From Eledone cirrhosa (Eukaryota), in contig OZ024743.1 of assembly GCA_964016885.1 (NCBI GenBank), positions 120,838,001-120,902,000 of the forward strand: a stretch of DNA of 64,000 nucleotides, written 5' to 3'. The position numbers and the translations under genes were made by a program. Positions 1 to 14,475 of this stretch are shown one piece after another (positions within the stretch are counted from its first letter, which is position 1; each line of letters starts with the position of its first letter). The notes beneath the pieces were generated by a model. It was not told the origin of the DNA. It worked only from the letters and a program-made list of their open reading frames with translations, and did no database searches.

Positions 1-1332
1 TACTACTAATTTATTTCAGTCGGTTCCAGCTGAAAATATCTTGCAAAGTTGTTCGGAACGTTTGTTATTCTTCACCTTTAATGTAGATATTGAGCGAGCG
101 ACGTTCTCAGAAATATCACGAAATATAATTATCTAAATACAAGGAAAGTCTAAATTGACTACATGGCAACCTAAATGCCTCAAAATAAAGTAAATGACTG
201 AAATATATATATCATATTTAGGGGAGATTTTATAATACAAAGAGCAATCAATTTCCTTGGAAAATTATTTGCAGCCAAATGCAAAACGCTGGTCTTTTGG
301 AAAATTAAATTGATAAATCATAAATTATATTATTAAACATCTAACCTTCTAGTAAATACTATCAAATAATGAACTTAGTATAGATAATAGAATATATATT
401 TCTTTATTTAATATTTAAATAATTATTTAATGTATTCTGCTGAAATTGTTTAATGGTGGATATGAAAGAGTACATACGTGTGTGAGTATGTGTATGTATG
501 TATGTGTATATAAAATAATTTGCGAGGCAATTAAAACAGCAGTCGTAAAGTCTGATTATATACCTATTACAGTTTTAAAACATAATCTTCAGTGATATGG
601 CTTATATATTCGATAAATCTATGAATATCATGAATAAAATCGGTACATAAATACACACTTACTCATGCATATACATGTACGTAGAGAAGTATGTACGTAC
701 ATACACATATATTAAGTATTAAAATTGAATGTTATAAAACTAACCCGCTTTATATAATATCGTATTTACAAGCACATGAATGTTTTCCGAACAAATTATT
801 TTAGAAACGTTATTTTGTATTCATATGAATTTAGTTTGACTTAAAAATCTATTAACTGATTTTATAAACATGTTTCATATCGTAAGTAATAATTATCGTT
901 ATCTATATCGGGTGGTAGAATTAATAGAGCGTCTTATAGAATACCTTGCTGTATTTTACATGCGTACCATCATATTATGAGTCTACTTTCTCTGTCATCG
1001 TTTATGTATCAAAGGAATAGTCCCAGAAGGTTATAGTATTCGTTTAAATATACGACAAATGTGTGGTATGTGCCAATGCACGGTAATTAACTCTTTCTGA
1101 ATCGATAAACTAAATACCAGTCTCTTGTTATTCTGTATGATAGATACATTATTATTATTTCATTGATAAGGAACGAGGAGAATTCTTCCGACAAGAACCT
1201 CGCAATTTATAATTTCAGGTGTGACAAAATAAAACACCAGTCAAGTACTAGGAGTTGATTCATGAACATCTTCCATCCCCGCAAGTGTCTGTGTGCTTAT
1301 AAAAATCTATTATTATATTCATCTGCACGATG

Positions 1333-1516
1333 GATTGGCATTATCGGTAGAGGGTCGGATGCCATGCTTTGCAGTGAAGAGTCACGGCCCTTTATGGTCT
1401 GAGTTCAAATCCCGCCGAGGTTAAATTTGCCTTTCATCCTTACGGGGTCGATAAAATAAAGTACCAGTAATACACTGGGATAATTGCTGGCCTTGTGCCA
1501 AAAGTAGAAACAATTA
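1333..1516 (+). mobile_element. tRNA-derived SINE (family S1, Nin/Deu-like core)
   Basis: A-box-like TGGCATTATCGGTAG, B-box GAGTTCAAATCCC, core GCCTTTCATCCTTACGGGGTCGATAAAATAAAGTACCAG, tail GGCCTTGTGCCAAAAGTAGAAAC; more than 15 copies in the window. Confidence 0.85.
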
Positions 1517-1559
1517 TATGCATCTGCACAGTGAGGATTTTAGCAACAATGGATCATTT

Positions 1560-3190
1560 AATTATCTCTCTATAAAGTTATGTGACCTGAGGTAGAGAGT
1601 ACTTTCCGCAGGATATTTACTGTTCCCAAAAGTGTTATTTTCCAATCATTTTACGATTTTCTCGTCTTCTTTATTATTGATGTAATGGTCTTCCGGACAA
1701 GCTAAATCGCTCAACAAATACCTCCTTTAAGTACCTTTCTTCATCAAAGTTAGTTATGTCTTACCTTGGATTTTCAAGAACTCTACCTGTCTGAATTGTG
1801 AAGTCCCACAAGTATTTCACAGTCTGATTTTCTAGGAATTTCTCTGGTTTGTGCTGATAGCATTTTTATTTCACAATGGTTGCAAGCTTTTTGTATAAAT
1901 ACCAATGGAGGTGTAAGCAGATTTTATCGTGGCGCCTTGTATACTCCCTCTGTGCAAGCATATCACAGGCACTCACGATATGTGTCACACTTTTCATCTT
2001 CTTCCCACATAACCTACACTTATATGTTTCATCAGGGTTATACATGTTCCTTATCTCATCTGTGTTTAGTGCTTGATAGTAAGCAGCTAATAATACACTT
2101 TCTGTCTCTGTCTCAAGATAATAATTCCATGAAGATGCTATTTTTATTTTGTTACTTTCTCTTTCAAAGTTACCGTGTGTTCAGTTTCTCAGCCAGTAGC
2201 CTCTGTTTGTGATTCTCTTTACTTTCAATAGTTTCAATGCATAGTCTTTGACAACATACATAAAAGGTTCCCCTTTACTAACGGCCAAATACGAGTCTAA
2301 GGATCTGCATTCGTTAGCCACGAATTGTTTCACACTTAACCTCCTACGTTCCGTGGTGTACATAGCTGGATGACATTTCCCACTAGGTGCAATGCACCAG
2401 TGTCAACCATTGTCTTACACTTTAGACTATCAACTTTTTCTATTTCTTTTTTGGTCCAATTCAAAATACCCCCACTATATCTAATAACTGGCGCAACCCA
2501 GACATTGATAGCGATAATTAAATTCTTCCCATTCAATTTGGTTTTCAGTAGCTTTTGTAACCTGTTTAGATAGTCCTCTTTCATATTTCCTTTCATTTTC
2601 TCATTTAGAACTTTGTCAACCTCCAAAATGTTGAGATATGTGTACCCACTATCCTTGGGTCACCAGTCGACTCCCCATCAAGTAACTCAATCCCACCCTT
2701 ATGTACATGCCAGCATATGTATCCTGTAAAACCATTGATAGTAGAATCATAGCAATCACAAAGAGCAATGGTAAGAAGGATTCTCCTTGAAATATTCCTC
2801 TTCGTATATTGATGAAACTTAGGTGTTTCTTGCCTTCATACAAATTCGTTTTCTACATTAATAACTAAGTCTGCTATCCCAAACATTATCAAACATTTCA
2901 GTACCCATGAATTCGGGACCATATCAAAGGATTTCTTAAAGTGTGTCCAAGCCATGCATAAATTAATTAGATGTCTTTTGCAGTTATTCCTAATTACCTT
3001 GTCAACAGCAAGATGGTCCTTGGTTCGAAGGGTATTTTCCCACACCCCTTTTACGCGACAGGTAGCATCTCATTCTGAATCAAACGATCATATATTTTGT
3101 TTAGAAAAGATGCCATTCACCAGTTTCCAAAGTAAAGTAAAGCAAGCAATAAGCTTGTAATTTCCAACTTACCGACCTTTCCTTTTGTCC
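1560..3190 (-). mobile_element. Degenerate R4/Dong-like LINE (older subfamily)
   Basis: Broken minus-strand frames with RGIFQGESFLPLLF, AWTHFKKSFDMVPNSW, LNGKNLIIAINVWVAPVIRYSGG. Confidence 0.8.
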
Positions 3191-3191
3191 A

Positions 3192-3278
<87 letters not shown>

Positions 3279-3279
<1 letters not shown>

Positions 3280-6200
3280 ACTGGAAAGTTTGTTGAAATG
3301 TATATCAGGCCACTACCTGCAGCCTCAGATATTCAGGACGTATCGGAGGGTTCTTGCTGTTCCCAGCAAGCATGCCTTTTGAAGTGTTCCAAAAAGCGGG
3401 GCGAGGCCAATTTTCTTTAACCAACCCTGGAAACTCCTTGAGATAGTACCTAGTGCACCTATGACAATCGGGACCACTTTGACCTCATGGCAGTTCCAAA
3501 TCCTTTTTACCTCCCACTTTACGTCCTGGTATCGGTTAATTTTCTCCCTCTCCTTCTCTTGCACTCTCATGTCGAATGTGCAGGCCACATCCACAATCAG
3601 GCACGATCTTTTTTCCTTGTCCAAAACCACCAGGTCAGGTCTATTGTGTTCCAGTTTCTTGTCCGTCTGTATCCTAAAATCCCACAGCACCTTCACCTGA
3701 TCGTTTTCTATCACCGACTCTGGCTTATGATCATACCACTTCTCAGAATGTGGTAAATTGTTTACTTTGCATAAGTGCCAGTGGATCACCCTGCCCATCA
3801 AATCATGTCTCCAGCCTTTATAGTGAGTCTGGACTAGGTGTTTACACTCGGATACAATGTGAGCCACAGTCTCCTCTCTCTCTCCACAGATCCTACACAG
3901 TGGGCTAGCCTCCTCCTTGTAAATATGGTGTTTCAGCCACTTCGTTTTGAGGGCCTGCTCTTGCGCAGCCATTAGCATTCCTTCTGTAGCCTTTTTAAGG
4001 TCTCCTCTTTTCAACCAGTTCCATGTCTGAATTCCGTTTTCTCAAAGAAGGCACTATGAAGGGATTTTTCATGAAGGCTGCTCTTTCTCCTTGTTATTTC
4101 CTCCTTGGACATCCTCTGGTCTATTGTCCTCCCCTTCAGTACAATTCTGAGCATTGGCTCCTTACTATCGGTCACGTATTTGTGTAGGTTGTTTTTCTCC
4201 ATCTGAACACAGTCCTCTATGCTGATAAGACCTCTTCCACCTTCAGATCTCCTTAAGTAGAGTCTATCGACATCACTCCTCTTGTGGAACATGTTGTAGA
4301 TAGTCAATATCTTCCTATTCTTCCTATCCATTTCTTTTTGTTCAGCAACATTCCTATTCAGAATTCCCGCACTGTATCTAATAATAGACACAGCTAGGGA
4401 ATTGACTGCACTTATGACATTCCTACTATTTAGATGTGATTTTAATACGCTCCTTACTCTCCTAATGTTCTCAGATATTATCGATTCCTTCATTTTTTGG
4501 TTCTTGATGTCATCTGCCCCCAGAACACCATAATATTTGTATCCTTCTTCAGTGTCAATTTCCTTTATCATCTCACCTGTTGGTACCTGGATTCCGTTGC
4601 TTCTGCTCAATTTACCCCTCTTCATCACTAGGACTCCGTACTTATTAATACCAAATTGCATACATATATCATTGCTGAAAATACGGACAGTGTCAAGAAG
4701 TACATCCAACTCCTTCTCACACTTTTCAAAGAATTTAAGATCGTCCATGAAGAGGAGGTGACTGATGGTAAGCTCTACTTTTCCCAAATTGTATCCTACT
4801 CTCACTTTTCGCAGTATAATGGTCAGTATAATGAGCAGGGACAAACAGTAGAGGGGACAAACTATCTCCCTGGAAGATAGCTCTCTTGATCTTCACGCCT
4901 CCCAAGGATTCTCCACCCGATGTTCACTCTGTCTCCCAGGACTTCATACTTTTGCTCAACAACTGTCTGATGTTATCTGCCACTTTGAAGATCTCTAGGC
5001 TTTTGGTTATCCAAGAATGAGGTACCATGTCGAACGCTTTTTTGTAGTCTATCCATCCCATGGCAAGACCAGTGTGTCTCCTCTTGCAATTCCTCATTAC
5101 CATCTTATCAATAAGTAACTTTCGGCATCCTTTCTGTTCGTCCGGTTATAAGTTGTTTATGTGGAGGTGATGATAGATTTCCTCAGACACAATGCTTGTT
5201 AACAGTTTCCACATTACGGACAGACATGTGATAGGTCTATAGTTGGTAACATCATTACCCTTGATTCGGTCTTTCATTGCCAGAACTGTGGCACCTTTTG
5301 TCAACCACTCTGGTACCTCACCCGACATCAAGCAGTCATTGAACATGGTTGTCAGTTTCGAGTGGAGAGATTTTACATTTTTGATCCAATACCCCTGCAC
5401 ACCATCTGGGCCTGATGATTTCCAATTGGTTAGTTTTTTGGCCTGCCCTTTAAGAGTTTCAACTGTGATAATCAAATCAGTTTGTTGGTGTGCTTGTTCA
5501 CTAATCTCCTTTTGTACTGCCTCAATCCACACTGCCTTATCATTATGTTCAACATCATTCTACCCATGTTCCTCTCCAGAATGACTTAGTCTGTTCCGCC
5601 TCAGGGATCAAGTCGTTCCCTCTTTCTTCCACCAAGGTTCTGATCTTTCTTGTTTGTTATTTCCTCTCGTTTTTATGCCAAATAATTTCTCAACGCATTT
5701 GCTGTTGCTTTGAGGATATTGTTGCATTGGTAAATGTTCCTCGCCTCAAGGTATGGGATGACTTTGTTTACCTTAGCTGTGGTTTCTTTTAACTTTTTCC
5801 TGTCTACAAATCTTAGATTCATAGGTTTCCTACTATCTTTGTTCATTTCATCTACCCCTAAGTTTAGGATATCAACCAAATCTTGTCCTAGCCCGTCAGC
5901 ATTAATTTCCTCAATGGCCGTATTTTTGTTCCAGGTATTATTTATTTCAGCATTCAGATCATTGTCTGCTACGGATGCTTCCTCCGTTCTCTCAACATCT
6001 TCACCTTCATTTCCCACTTGCTCGTTTGCCTGGCATACTCCACTCTCCATTTCTAACCTAATCTCTCTGCCCAGTTCCTCCAGTTCCAACTCGCTTATCC
6101 ACCCATTAGTTCTTATTACTCGAGCCTGCCCGGCCAATTTTTGTTCATCTAATTTAAATAGACCAATCTCGTTCCAGATGTTATGCATCCGTTTCCTATA

Positions 6201-6536
6201 GCCTTTTTCCTTGGGGTTACTCTTCAGGTAACATTCCATGACAGTTCTATTCAATTCTCTCGTCCAGTTGATTCTTGTCTCTTTCCTTCTTCTTCTTCCT
6301 CCAACACCAACAGTATTTGGATGACAGCCAGGTTCCTGCTGCTAGGCCAGGAGGTACTTGCTGGGTGAGAGTCTGTCACATGACGTTCCAGTCTCCTCTT
6401 CACCGTTATTCGAACTGTTTAGGTTCGACATTTAAACACTCATATCGAGGATTGGTGAATGTATGGTTACATAACCACCGGTGATTTCATCACCCCCGGT
6501 GATTTTAGCGTGGCACCATCACGCTGTAGACGAACA
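3279..6536 (-). mobile_element. Near full-length R4/Dong-clade LINE, frameshifted (Myb-like N-term, RT, CCHC, RLE)
   Basis: ATG about 6431; N-term WTRELNRTVMECY..GYRKRMHNIW; RT SGPDGVQGYW, NYRPITCL, HLLFMDDLK; CRICGEREETVAHIVSEC; RHD; RPDLVVLD..IVDVAC..EKINRY; 3' end abuts (TAA)n at 3193-3278. Confidence 0.93.
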
Positions 6537-7466
6537 TAAATAAATAAACAAATAAATAGATAAAAACTTAAAAAAATAAACATAAGTTTCATTGTAATGT
6601 TTGAATGTCTGACTTAGTTTTTTTATTTTTATTTCCTTTACGTTTTTCGTTTTTCAAAGCCAATAACATTGGTTACTAGTGTTGTTGCTGCTGCTGCTGT
6701 TTTTTATTTCGATTTTAGCTTCGTGGGAAGTAGGGTTTGTTGCGTTCAAAACTTTTGAAATTTGTTTTTGTTGTTGGATTGTTTTCGTCTGTGTTCTGTT
6801 CTATAATCTTTCGACTTGCTGCGTATTATTATTATTATATTATAGTTTAAATTTGACATCGTTTAAACTAAACATTTTGAGAGAGTTTAGAGATACAACA
6901 ACAATAATTATTTTGGTATTGTTGTTGTTGTTAGCTGTTTGACCGGGTCACTAAATCAGTCTATTTATATCTTTTGATGCCTTCCTCACTTCTATTCATG
7001 TGTAGTGGCACTACTGCCATCCCTCTCTGAACAGGAGGTAGTGAGGGAATAGTGGTGGTAGCGATGATGCAGTGGTGGCGGTGGTGATGGGATAGTAGTA
7101 CTATAGTGATGGTTTTGCCGCAGCTGTTGGTTTGTATTTTGTTTGTGATAGTGGTGATGGTGCCGGCAGAGGTTGTGGTGTTGGTGGTGAAATTATTTGG
7201 CTGTTGTTTGTAACCATCTTCTTTTTTGACTATAACATTTCTGATACAAAATTAAATATTGAATATTGGAGCCCTATGCCATAATGTGATGCGTTGTCAC
7301 TTCCTGAGAGTTAAAACTGGTATCTTATGTTCCATTTGTAATAAGAATTATTCTATCACAATTGTTTTTAATATGTAAAAAATCAAAACCTTACAGGAGC
7401 GATTCCATAACACTTTATCCACCATGTGCGTACCTTCTTTCTATTATTATTATTCCCTTATTATTA

Positions 7467-7554
<88 letters not shown>

Positions 7555-7925
7555 AGTTGCATTTATCTTGCTTTATGTTCATACGAGTTATCACCAAGTC
7601 ACAACCAGTGACCTCAAGAGACAACAAGGTCCGCATGTTCAAAAAAGAACATACATACTCACACATGCATCTTTAGTGTTTAGACTTGTGATGTACTTAT
7701 ATTGACAGAATCTTCCTTAGAATATGGGGAGTTCCCATTAGTACTATCTTTTGTATTTCTCCTATACGCGGGTTTCATGGGATTTGCGATAAGTAATCAT
7801 TAGACCCCTTAGGTATCATTCCCAGAGCGCCTACAACCACTGGTACTGTTTTAGTTCTCAATTTCCACATTTCTCCAATTTCTATCACCAGGTCCTTATA
7901 CTTGCTCAATTTTTCAAATGTTTTT
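7555..7925 (-). mobile_element. R4/Dong-like LINE 3' fragment between (TTA)n tracts
   Basis: EKLSKYKDLVIEIGEMWKLRTKTVPVVVGALG, the C-terminal part of the RLE domain. Confidence 0.75.
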
Positions 7926-7931
7926 TTTTTG

Positions 7932-8024
<93 letters not shown>

Positions 8025-9639
8025 GACACCCAGAATCCTGTACGATATATTGAGCCTCTCAGATTAGGGGCTTATCTGAGGCCAAATAACACGCTTCAAC
8101 TGGCAACCGATTGCTAGAAGAATCTTACAAAAGAAACAAATTATTTGCATATCTGATGCGTCCGGCTTGCAGTTGGCATTTCTTTACAATTTAACACGTT
8201 TCATTTAATGGAATGGGTTTGTATTTAAAAAGTCTGATCCATTATCTTAGAGTAGAAGAAAATGTTTTTTTATTAAACAAACATTTATTTCCTGCAACTA
8301 GTTAGCATACGCATAGAATGATGATGTCTTCTTCAACAATTAGAAACTGGTGCTTACTCCTAAACTAGAAATGAAAATAAGAAATGAATAGTAAAATAGC
8401 CTCAGCAAAGTGAATACGGGAAAAAGATATTGCAATATAAACGCTGAATGTGGACGATAGAATTAGTAGTAACAATGATAATATTTTCACAGACACGCCC
8501 AGTTGAAACATCATCCAGAATTGTTTATGAAGCAATAGTTTGCTTCTCGTAGTAGTTAGAAGAGCAGAGTAGACTTAACACAATTTACGTGAAAAAACTA
8601 TATTGAACAAGAACAATTTATTCATCTCCTTAAGGGATGAATAAATTTAAGCTACCCCCTAAACAGTAGGTGAAAGAGGTTTTCTCTGACATATGGGATA
8701 ACATTCTTGCCATGCAACAAGGAAAAGCCTAGGAGAGCGTCTGGCTAATATTTAGAAATGGTGAGGCAGCTAAATGACGAACTAAATTCTAATGAACGAG
8801 CTCGCTCTTATTTTTCTAATCCAATATTTGAACCAGTGAAACACAACACAAAGGTGACAGTAAAAGTAACAGCTACGTGGCACCTGGCCCATTGTCATTT
8901 GTATCACAGTATGCATAGGTGATCAGCGGGGAAATCACAACCGAAAATATGTGATTCGTGTCAAGATAGACATAGATGTTCTATTAACACCCAAGTACCA
9001 TAGTCATATCAGAACAGTTTCCCATCGATGGTGTAAGGCATAAAACTGATGGAGCAGAGCAAAAGCTCCAGTCTTTATAGTCGTGGTAGCAAGCCCATTT
9101 CAAATCATTTTTCCCTAAAGAGGTGGAAAGAAGAAGCAGACAAGAAAATAACAGATAATCACAGCTTCAAGTCTTCAGAGAAACATCGGTCACATCTCAG
9201 ATGGATATGATTCCAATAACCTCAACACTCACAATAGATAGAAATCCATCCTGTTGTCGGTTACAGAGCAGAACGATTCTGCAGCCTTCCACATAGCAGC
9301 CCTACCCCATCGCTATTTGATGAGAAAGAGATGAAAGGTACCAGAAAAAATACCGAATGAATAAAAAGGCAACATTTCCAAAAGATCAACAGAAACCAAA
9401 GAGCTATGCAACCTAAAACACTGATGTGAGCCTGCACCTTCCTCTTGTCAAGGTCTTAGGTACCACATGGGTGATGCAAGCATTGAGGAGGTGATGTCAG
9501 TTGGAGTAGTCTAAAAAGTTATTTTCAGACATTATCATAAGTATATGGAAAATGCACACCGACTTACTAAATAATATATGTCTTTGTTGTTGTATTAATA
9601 ATTATATGTTTATGTAAAGGTATATCTTTCCTTAAGAAA

Positions 9640-12600
9640 TACCCAGCCGGCCTTAGTGACTTTTCAATTCCCATCATTATAAGATCCCAGTTTTGTATCT
9701 AGATTTCAATCTCTTGCAATTTCCATATCTAACCTCTCGGTTATTCGTTTACCCTTTTACTGGTCTCCCTAATTAAATTGTAGCCAGACTATGGCAATCC
9801 ATGAAGGGGCTTATGTTGGTATCACGTAGAATTTGCATAACTTTCAGTGTATGTAAATCCTAACTCTATTATGTCTGTTGATTCATTTCGTTTTGGCCAT
9901 GCTTCGTAGCATAGAGTTACGGACCTTTATGTTCTGAGTTCAAATCCCCCCGAGGTTAGCTTTGTCTTTCATCCTTATGGAGTCGATAAAATAAAGCACC
10001 AGTCATGAACTGAGGTCGATTTAATCGACTTTCCTCTCTCCTCAAATTGTTGGCATTGTGCCTAAATCAGAAATCATTATTATTATCATTGTTATTATTA
10101 TTACTTTGTCATACATTGTAGATGGATAATGCACCAGAGTATTTAGTCATCTGTCAAGATGAAATAACAGATAGGTGTCACTTTCACTTTACTCCTTTAT
10201 ATTCTAAACAGTCATGACATCTTTACTTTCGATTCGGAATACTTGGTGATTTTTTTCAACCTCATTACTCGCAATATTCTTGTCCTTTGGAATGGCTACG
10301 TGTATCACCTAACAGTATTTGACTTTCTTGTTCAATGCGACAATGTCCGGTCGACTGCCAAAGGCTTTATCATAGCGTCGCTTGTACTCTTTTTGCGCAA
10401 AGCTCTCACATCCACTTACCAAGTGGGTTAAAATTTCCACATTCCTTTTAAAGAGCCTGCATTTCTGGATTTCAGAAGTTTTATAGATGTTATACTTCGC
10501 CGAATGGTCTTGTGCGGCAATTTCACTGGCACTCTAGAAAATTGTCTCACTTAAGCCAGGTCCATGATGTTGCTTTATCCTTCATATCCTATGTATTTCT
10601 GTTAAACTACCCCTGCTTTCATATTTCCAGAAGATTCTTTTTCTACTCTTCAATTCTTTTGTTAAACTATTTCTTACCAACAATTTTATCTGCATTTATA
10701 CGCATATCTTCTGTTGCATATTGCATATCTTCGTCATTGTTTACCTAAGCGTTCCCCTTTCACTCCTTATACAATAATCCCCATTGATGAGACCTCTATC
10801 ACCCTTCTTTCTCTTCCTGTACAATCTATTTATATGTGCTTTAGCAGGTAAAGCTCCGTATAATGTCAATAACGTGCTTGTCTTTTTATCCAGCTTATTT
10901 CTTCTTCAGTTCACATGAGAATGGACGCACTATATCTAATCTCTGTAACTGCCCAGATATTCATTGCAGTGACTAGATTTCTCGCATTCAGGTTCGATTT
11001 GAAAATTACTTTTACTATTTTATAAATTTGTCTCCCTAAACTTTGTTTTCTTCTTTTAAAATGTTATCCAGTTCTAAAATCCACAAATAATTATATCTAC
11101 AATATTCCGGTTCCTCCATGCAGAGGGTAGCCGTAATCTACTACATGCTGCCTTCATATTCAACACAAAGCATTAGAAAATCACAAATTCCATACTGATG
11201 TTACTGCTACGTATTTGGCCAGTTTTAATCAAATGATCAACCTGGTTTGCTGATTTCCCAAACAGTTTCAGGTCATCCATTAACAGAAGATGGTTTACGA
11301 TTTTTTTTTCGTTCCACATTGGTAACCCATTTTAACTTTTCTAAGTGTCAGTGTTATAGATATAATTGCTATAGCAAATGAGTCATCTTGGAAGATATCA
11401 CTTTTAATTTCTACTTCATCAAGGAATCCATTACTGAATCCATTATAGCATGCTATTCAGAAGAAAATTTGTGATCCAGTCAGCAATAACAAACATCTGT
11501 AATCATTCAACAATGAAGGAATGAGGTATCATATTATATGATTTCTTAAAGTCAATCCAGATGATAGACATATTGATATGATCATTGGTACCCTGAGATC
11601 ACCTCCTACACCCGTTTTACCCCTTTGGTAATATTTCTTCCTGTAAAAGAAACGTATATTACTTCTCGACAAATATGCCAATAGATACCTTCCATATTAT
11701 GTTGAGGCATGCTAGAAGTGGCTAGTTTCCCATAACGTTCCGCTTACATCTATCGTTTATATAAGCGTTACCATCCAAGAGGCAACATCACCTGTTTGGA
11801 CACATTTATTCAGTTGAGTTGCCAATCTTTCTTGAACTGCATTGCATCTCTTCAATCAATCGCGATGGATTACATCTGGACCGGCAGCTTTCTCTGGCCA
11901 CTTGCTCCTTCATATCAACTGTCCTTATGGTAATGTCTCTCTGTCTTGAGAATTTCTATCCACTCGGTATCCCTTCTATGCATCAGAGTGTTTCCCCATT
12001 CCCGAACCTTTTGGCCTGGTCAGCATTAAGAACAGCATCTTTCACACTCTCCTTTTCCAAAATACATAAGAAATATTCTGGATTATTTTGGAACAATCTT
12101 TTCTCCCCTAACTACTTATTTCTGTTCACATAATTTCTCTTATGGCTTCTCAACAACATCCTATGTTTTCAGTCTACAATTACTGTATGGAAACCATTCT
12201 TCCATTTATATATTTCTTGTCTAATTCTCTCGAGCAGTCTTTTTTCCGTTTTCCATTTTCCTCTAAACAATTGCTCAATTTTACTTCAATCTTGCTTTGT
12301 CCGCGTTATGTCATTTTCAATGCGTCGTTTCCCTCATGGTTCTTTTGCTTTACTTTGTTTTTGTCAATTGTAATTTCTCCTCGACAAGTAGTGCAATAGT
12401 TCGGATAATATTTTTTGTTTACGTTATGTCCTCTGTCTGGATATGAGGTATGACAACATTTTTCTATTTTGTAATTTCATTTATCATACGCCTATCTACA
12501 CTTCTCATATTCATCAGAGTCTTTTCTTCAGAGGCAGTCATCGAATCTATAAGCCATCATTGTAATGCAAGCGATTCATCATTCAATAGGCTCCCCCTTC

Positions 12601-13140
12601 TTGTATAACCATCCTTAACTGTATTAGGGTTCAATATATAACCTTACTCTTTCGCAGCCATAACAGTCCAATCATAATTTCACTGTTTCTGTTGTATATT
12701 TTACTCTCTGAGAAACGGTTTCAGTTTCCCCTGTAACCTCCCTTTGTTTTTTTCATCTGCAGGACCCCTTAAACATTCACTAATCCGATATATTTCTAAT
12801 TCAGTCAACCAACCCTTTCTCATAACCACGCCGACCTAGTCCATGACCTCCTTCTAGTTAGGCTATTTGGTGATATTCAATGTGTGTAGCATACACTTCC
12901 TTCGTCTACATGTATCTGTTGGTTGGTAACGACCTACCAAACCCATATCATTGCCCTAGTTAAGGTTGGCTCTAAAATATGCCGGCTAGATATCTTCACC
13001 GTAATTGGTCCCAGCTTCATTCACGTTGTTTTGCATCATATTGTTTTGCATCATACTTCATTGACAGTGGTTTGTGCGGTTTTCCTTCCCGCGAGTATTT
13101 TGTATTGAGATACCATCTCTACATAATCTGCCTTACCAGG
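9640..13140 (-). mobile_element. Old, heavily decayed near full-length R4/Dong-like LINE
   Basis: Remnants of HLLLMDDLKLFG (about 11190-11240), IWIDFKKSYNMIPHS (about 11520-11570), TAMNIWAVTEIRYSASIL (about 10920-10970); interrupted by a SINE at 9895-10078. Confidence 0.7.
9895..10078 (+). mobile_element. SINE S1 (5'-truncated) nested in old LINE
   Basis: B-box plus core match to the other S1 copies. Confidence 0.8.
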
Positions 13141-13203
13141 TTAAACATTGTTTTTATAATTAATATCATTATTATCATTAAAGAAATTATCATCATTATC
13201 ATT

Positions 13204-13392
13204 CGGTGAATTGGCAGTATTGGTAGAGGGTCAGACATGCTTTCCAGCGTAGTTACATCCCTTTACGATCTGAGTTCAAATCCCGCCGAGGTTAACTTTG
13301 CCTCCTTTCATCTGTACGGGGTCGATAAAATAAAGTACCAGTAATACACTGGTGGATTTGCTGGCCTTGTGCCAAACGTAGAAACAATTATC
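13204..13392 (+). mobile_element. SINE S1
   Basis: A/B boxes, core and tail. Confidence 0.85.
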
Positions 13393-14109
13393 ATTATTAA
13401 TGGTCGTTCTTGTTTACATGTTTCGCGTGATGTGTAAATGATGTTGTTACTCTTGCTGCTGCTGTTGCTCCTGTCGATGCGGTTGCCTGTTGTTACTATT
13501 GGCATTGTCATAGACCTTGTTGCTACTGTCTTGGTCATTACTGTTGTTTTTGTTGATGTTTTCTCTTGTGTAGTAGTGTTGGTGGCTGTAGAGATTTTGC
13601 TGTAATTGTTGCTACTCGACTAATCATCGCTAGCGTGTTTAGTAGTAGTAACGACATTTCTTTCAGTGCTGGTAGTGTTACTGATTCAAATGCTTCCGTG
13701 GGAGTGATGGAGTAGTGGTGGTGGTGGTGGTGGTGTTGACGAGTTAGTAGGTATTGTTTTTGTTGCTGTTTGTCTCGGTTAAATTTTGTAGCTATAACAT
13801 GTTTGTTCACGTCTGTGCAGTGTTCTTTTGTGATACGGCTACGTTCAGCCTGTGTTATTGCTACTAGCATCTGGTAGACAAGTTAACATATGACTTCCGC
13901 TTTCTCCTCAAAGTTTAAAGTAGACATTTTGATTTTCTTTTTAGAAATGTTAGGTGCAGTTAAACTTTGTAACGGCCCCAAAGTAGTTGTTCCGTGAGGT
14001 GGCGGGGTGTAACTGACCTTTATAGCACTTGCCTGATCATTTACGGAAACCATTAATGTTACTTTTGGCCGATTGCAGTCGGTGTAAATATTCAAAATGA
14101 GACAAAAAT

Positions 14110-14460
14110 TACGTCCAAATGAAACTGCTCCGATCTCGAATGGAATTTCTAAACCTTCTTCCCTCACAACTTTCTAACCTCCTCCTTCAGTGACTCATAC
14201 TTCTCCATCTTTTCATGCTGTTTATCCTTCGCTCTATTATCTCCTGGGATAAAGATATCGATAATTTCGGACCTATTTTTTCTTCTTGTTCATAACTAAA
14301 ATGTTTCGCCTCTTTCCCTCAATCGTTCCATCGCACCAAATAGTGAAGCCTCACAAAAGTTTAAATTCGTAATTCACCCAGACCCCTTCTGGTCTCTGCT
14401 GATGCCATTTACCTGCTCTGACAAACCCACATTTCTCAGATATCATCTAATTAACATATC
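14110..14460 (-). mobile_element. Decayed R4/Dong RLE-domain fragment
   Basis: Minus strand reads IIDIFIPGDNRAKDKQHEKMEKYESLKEEVRKL. Confidence 0.65.
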
Positions 14461-14475
14461 TGGTAACATTATTAT

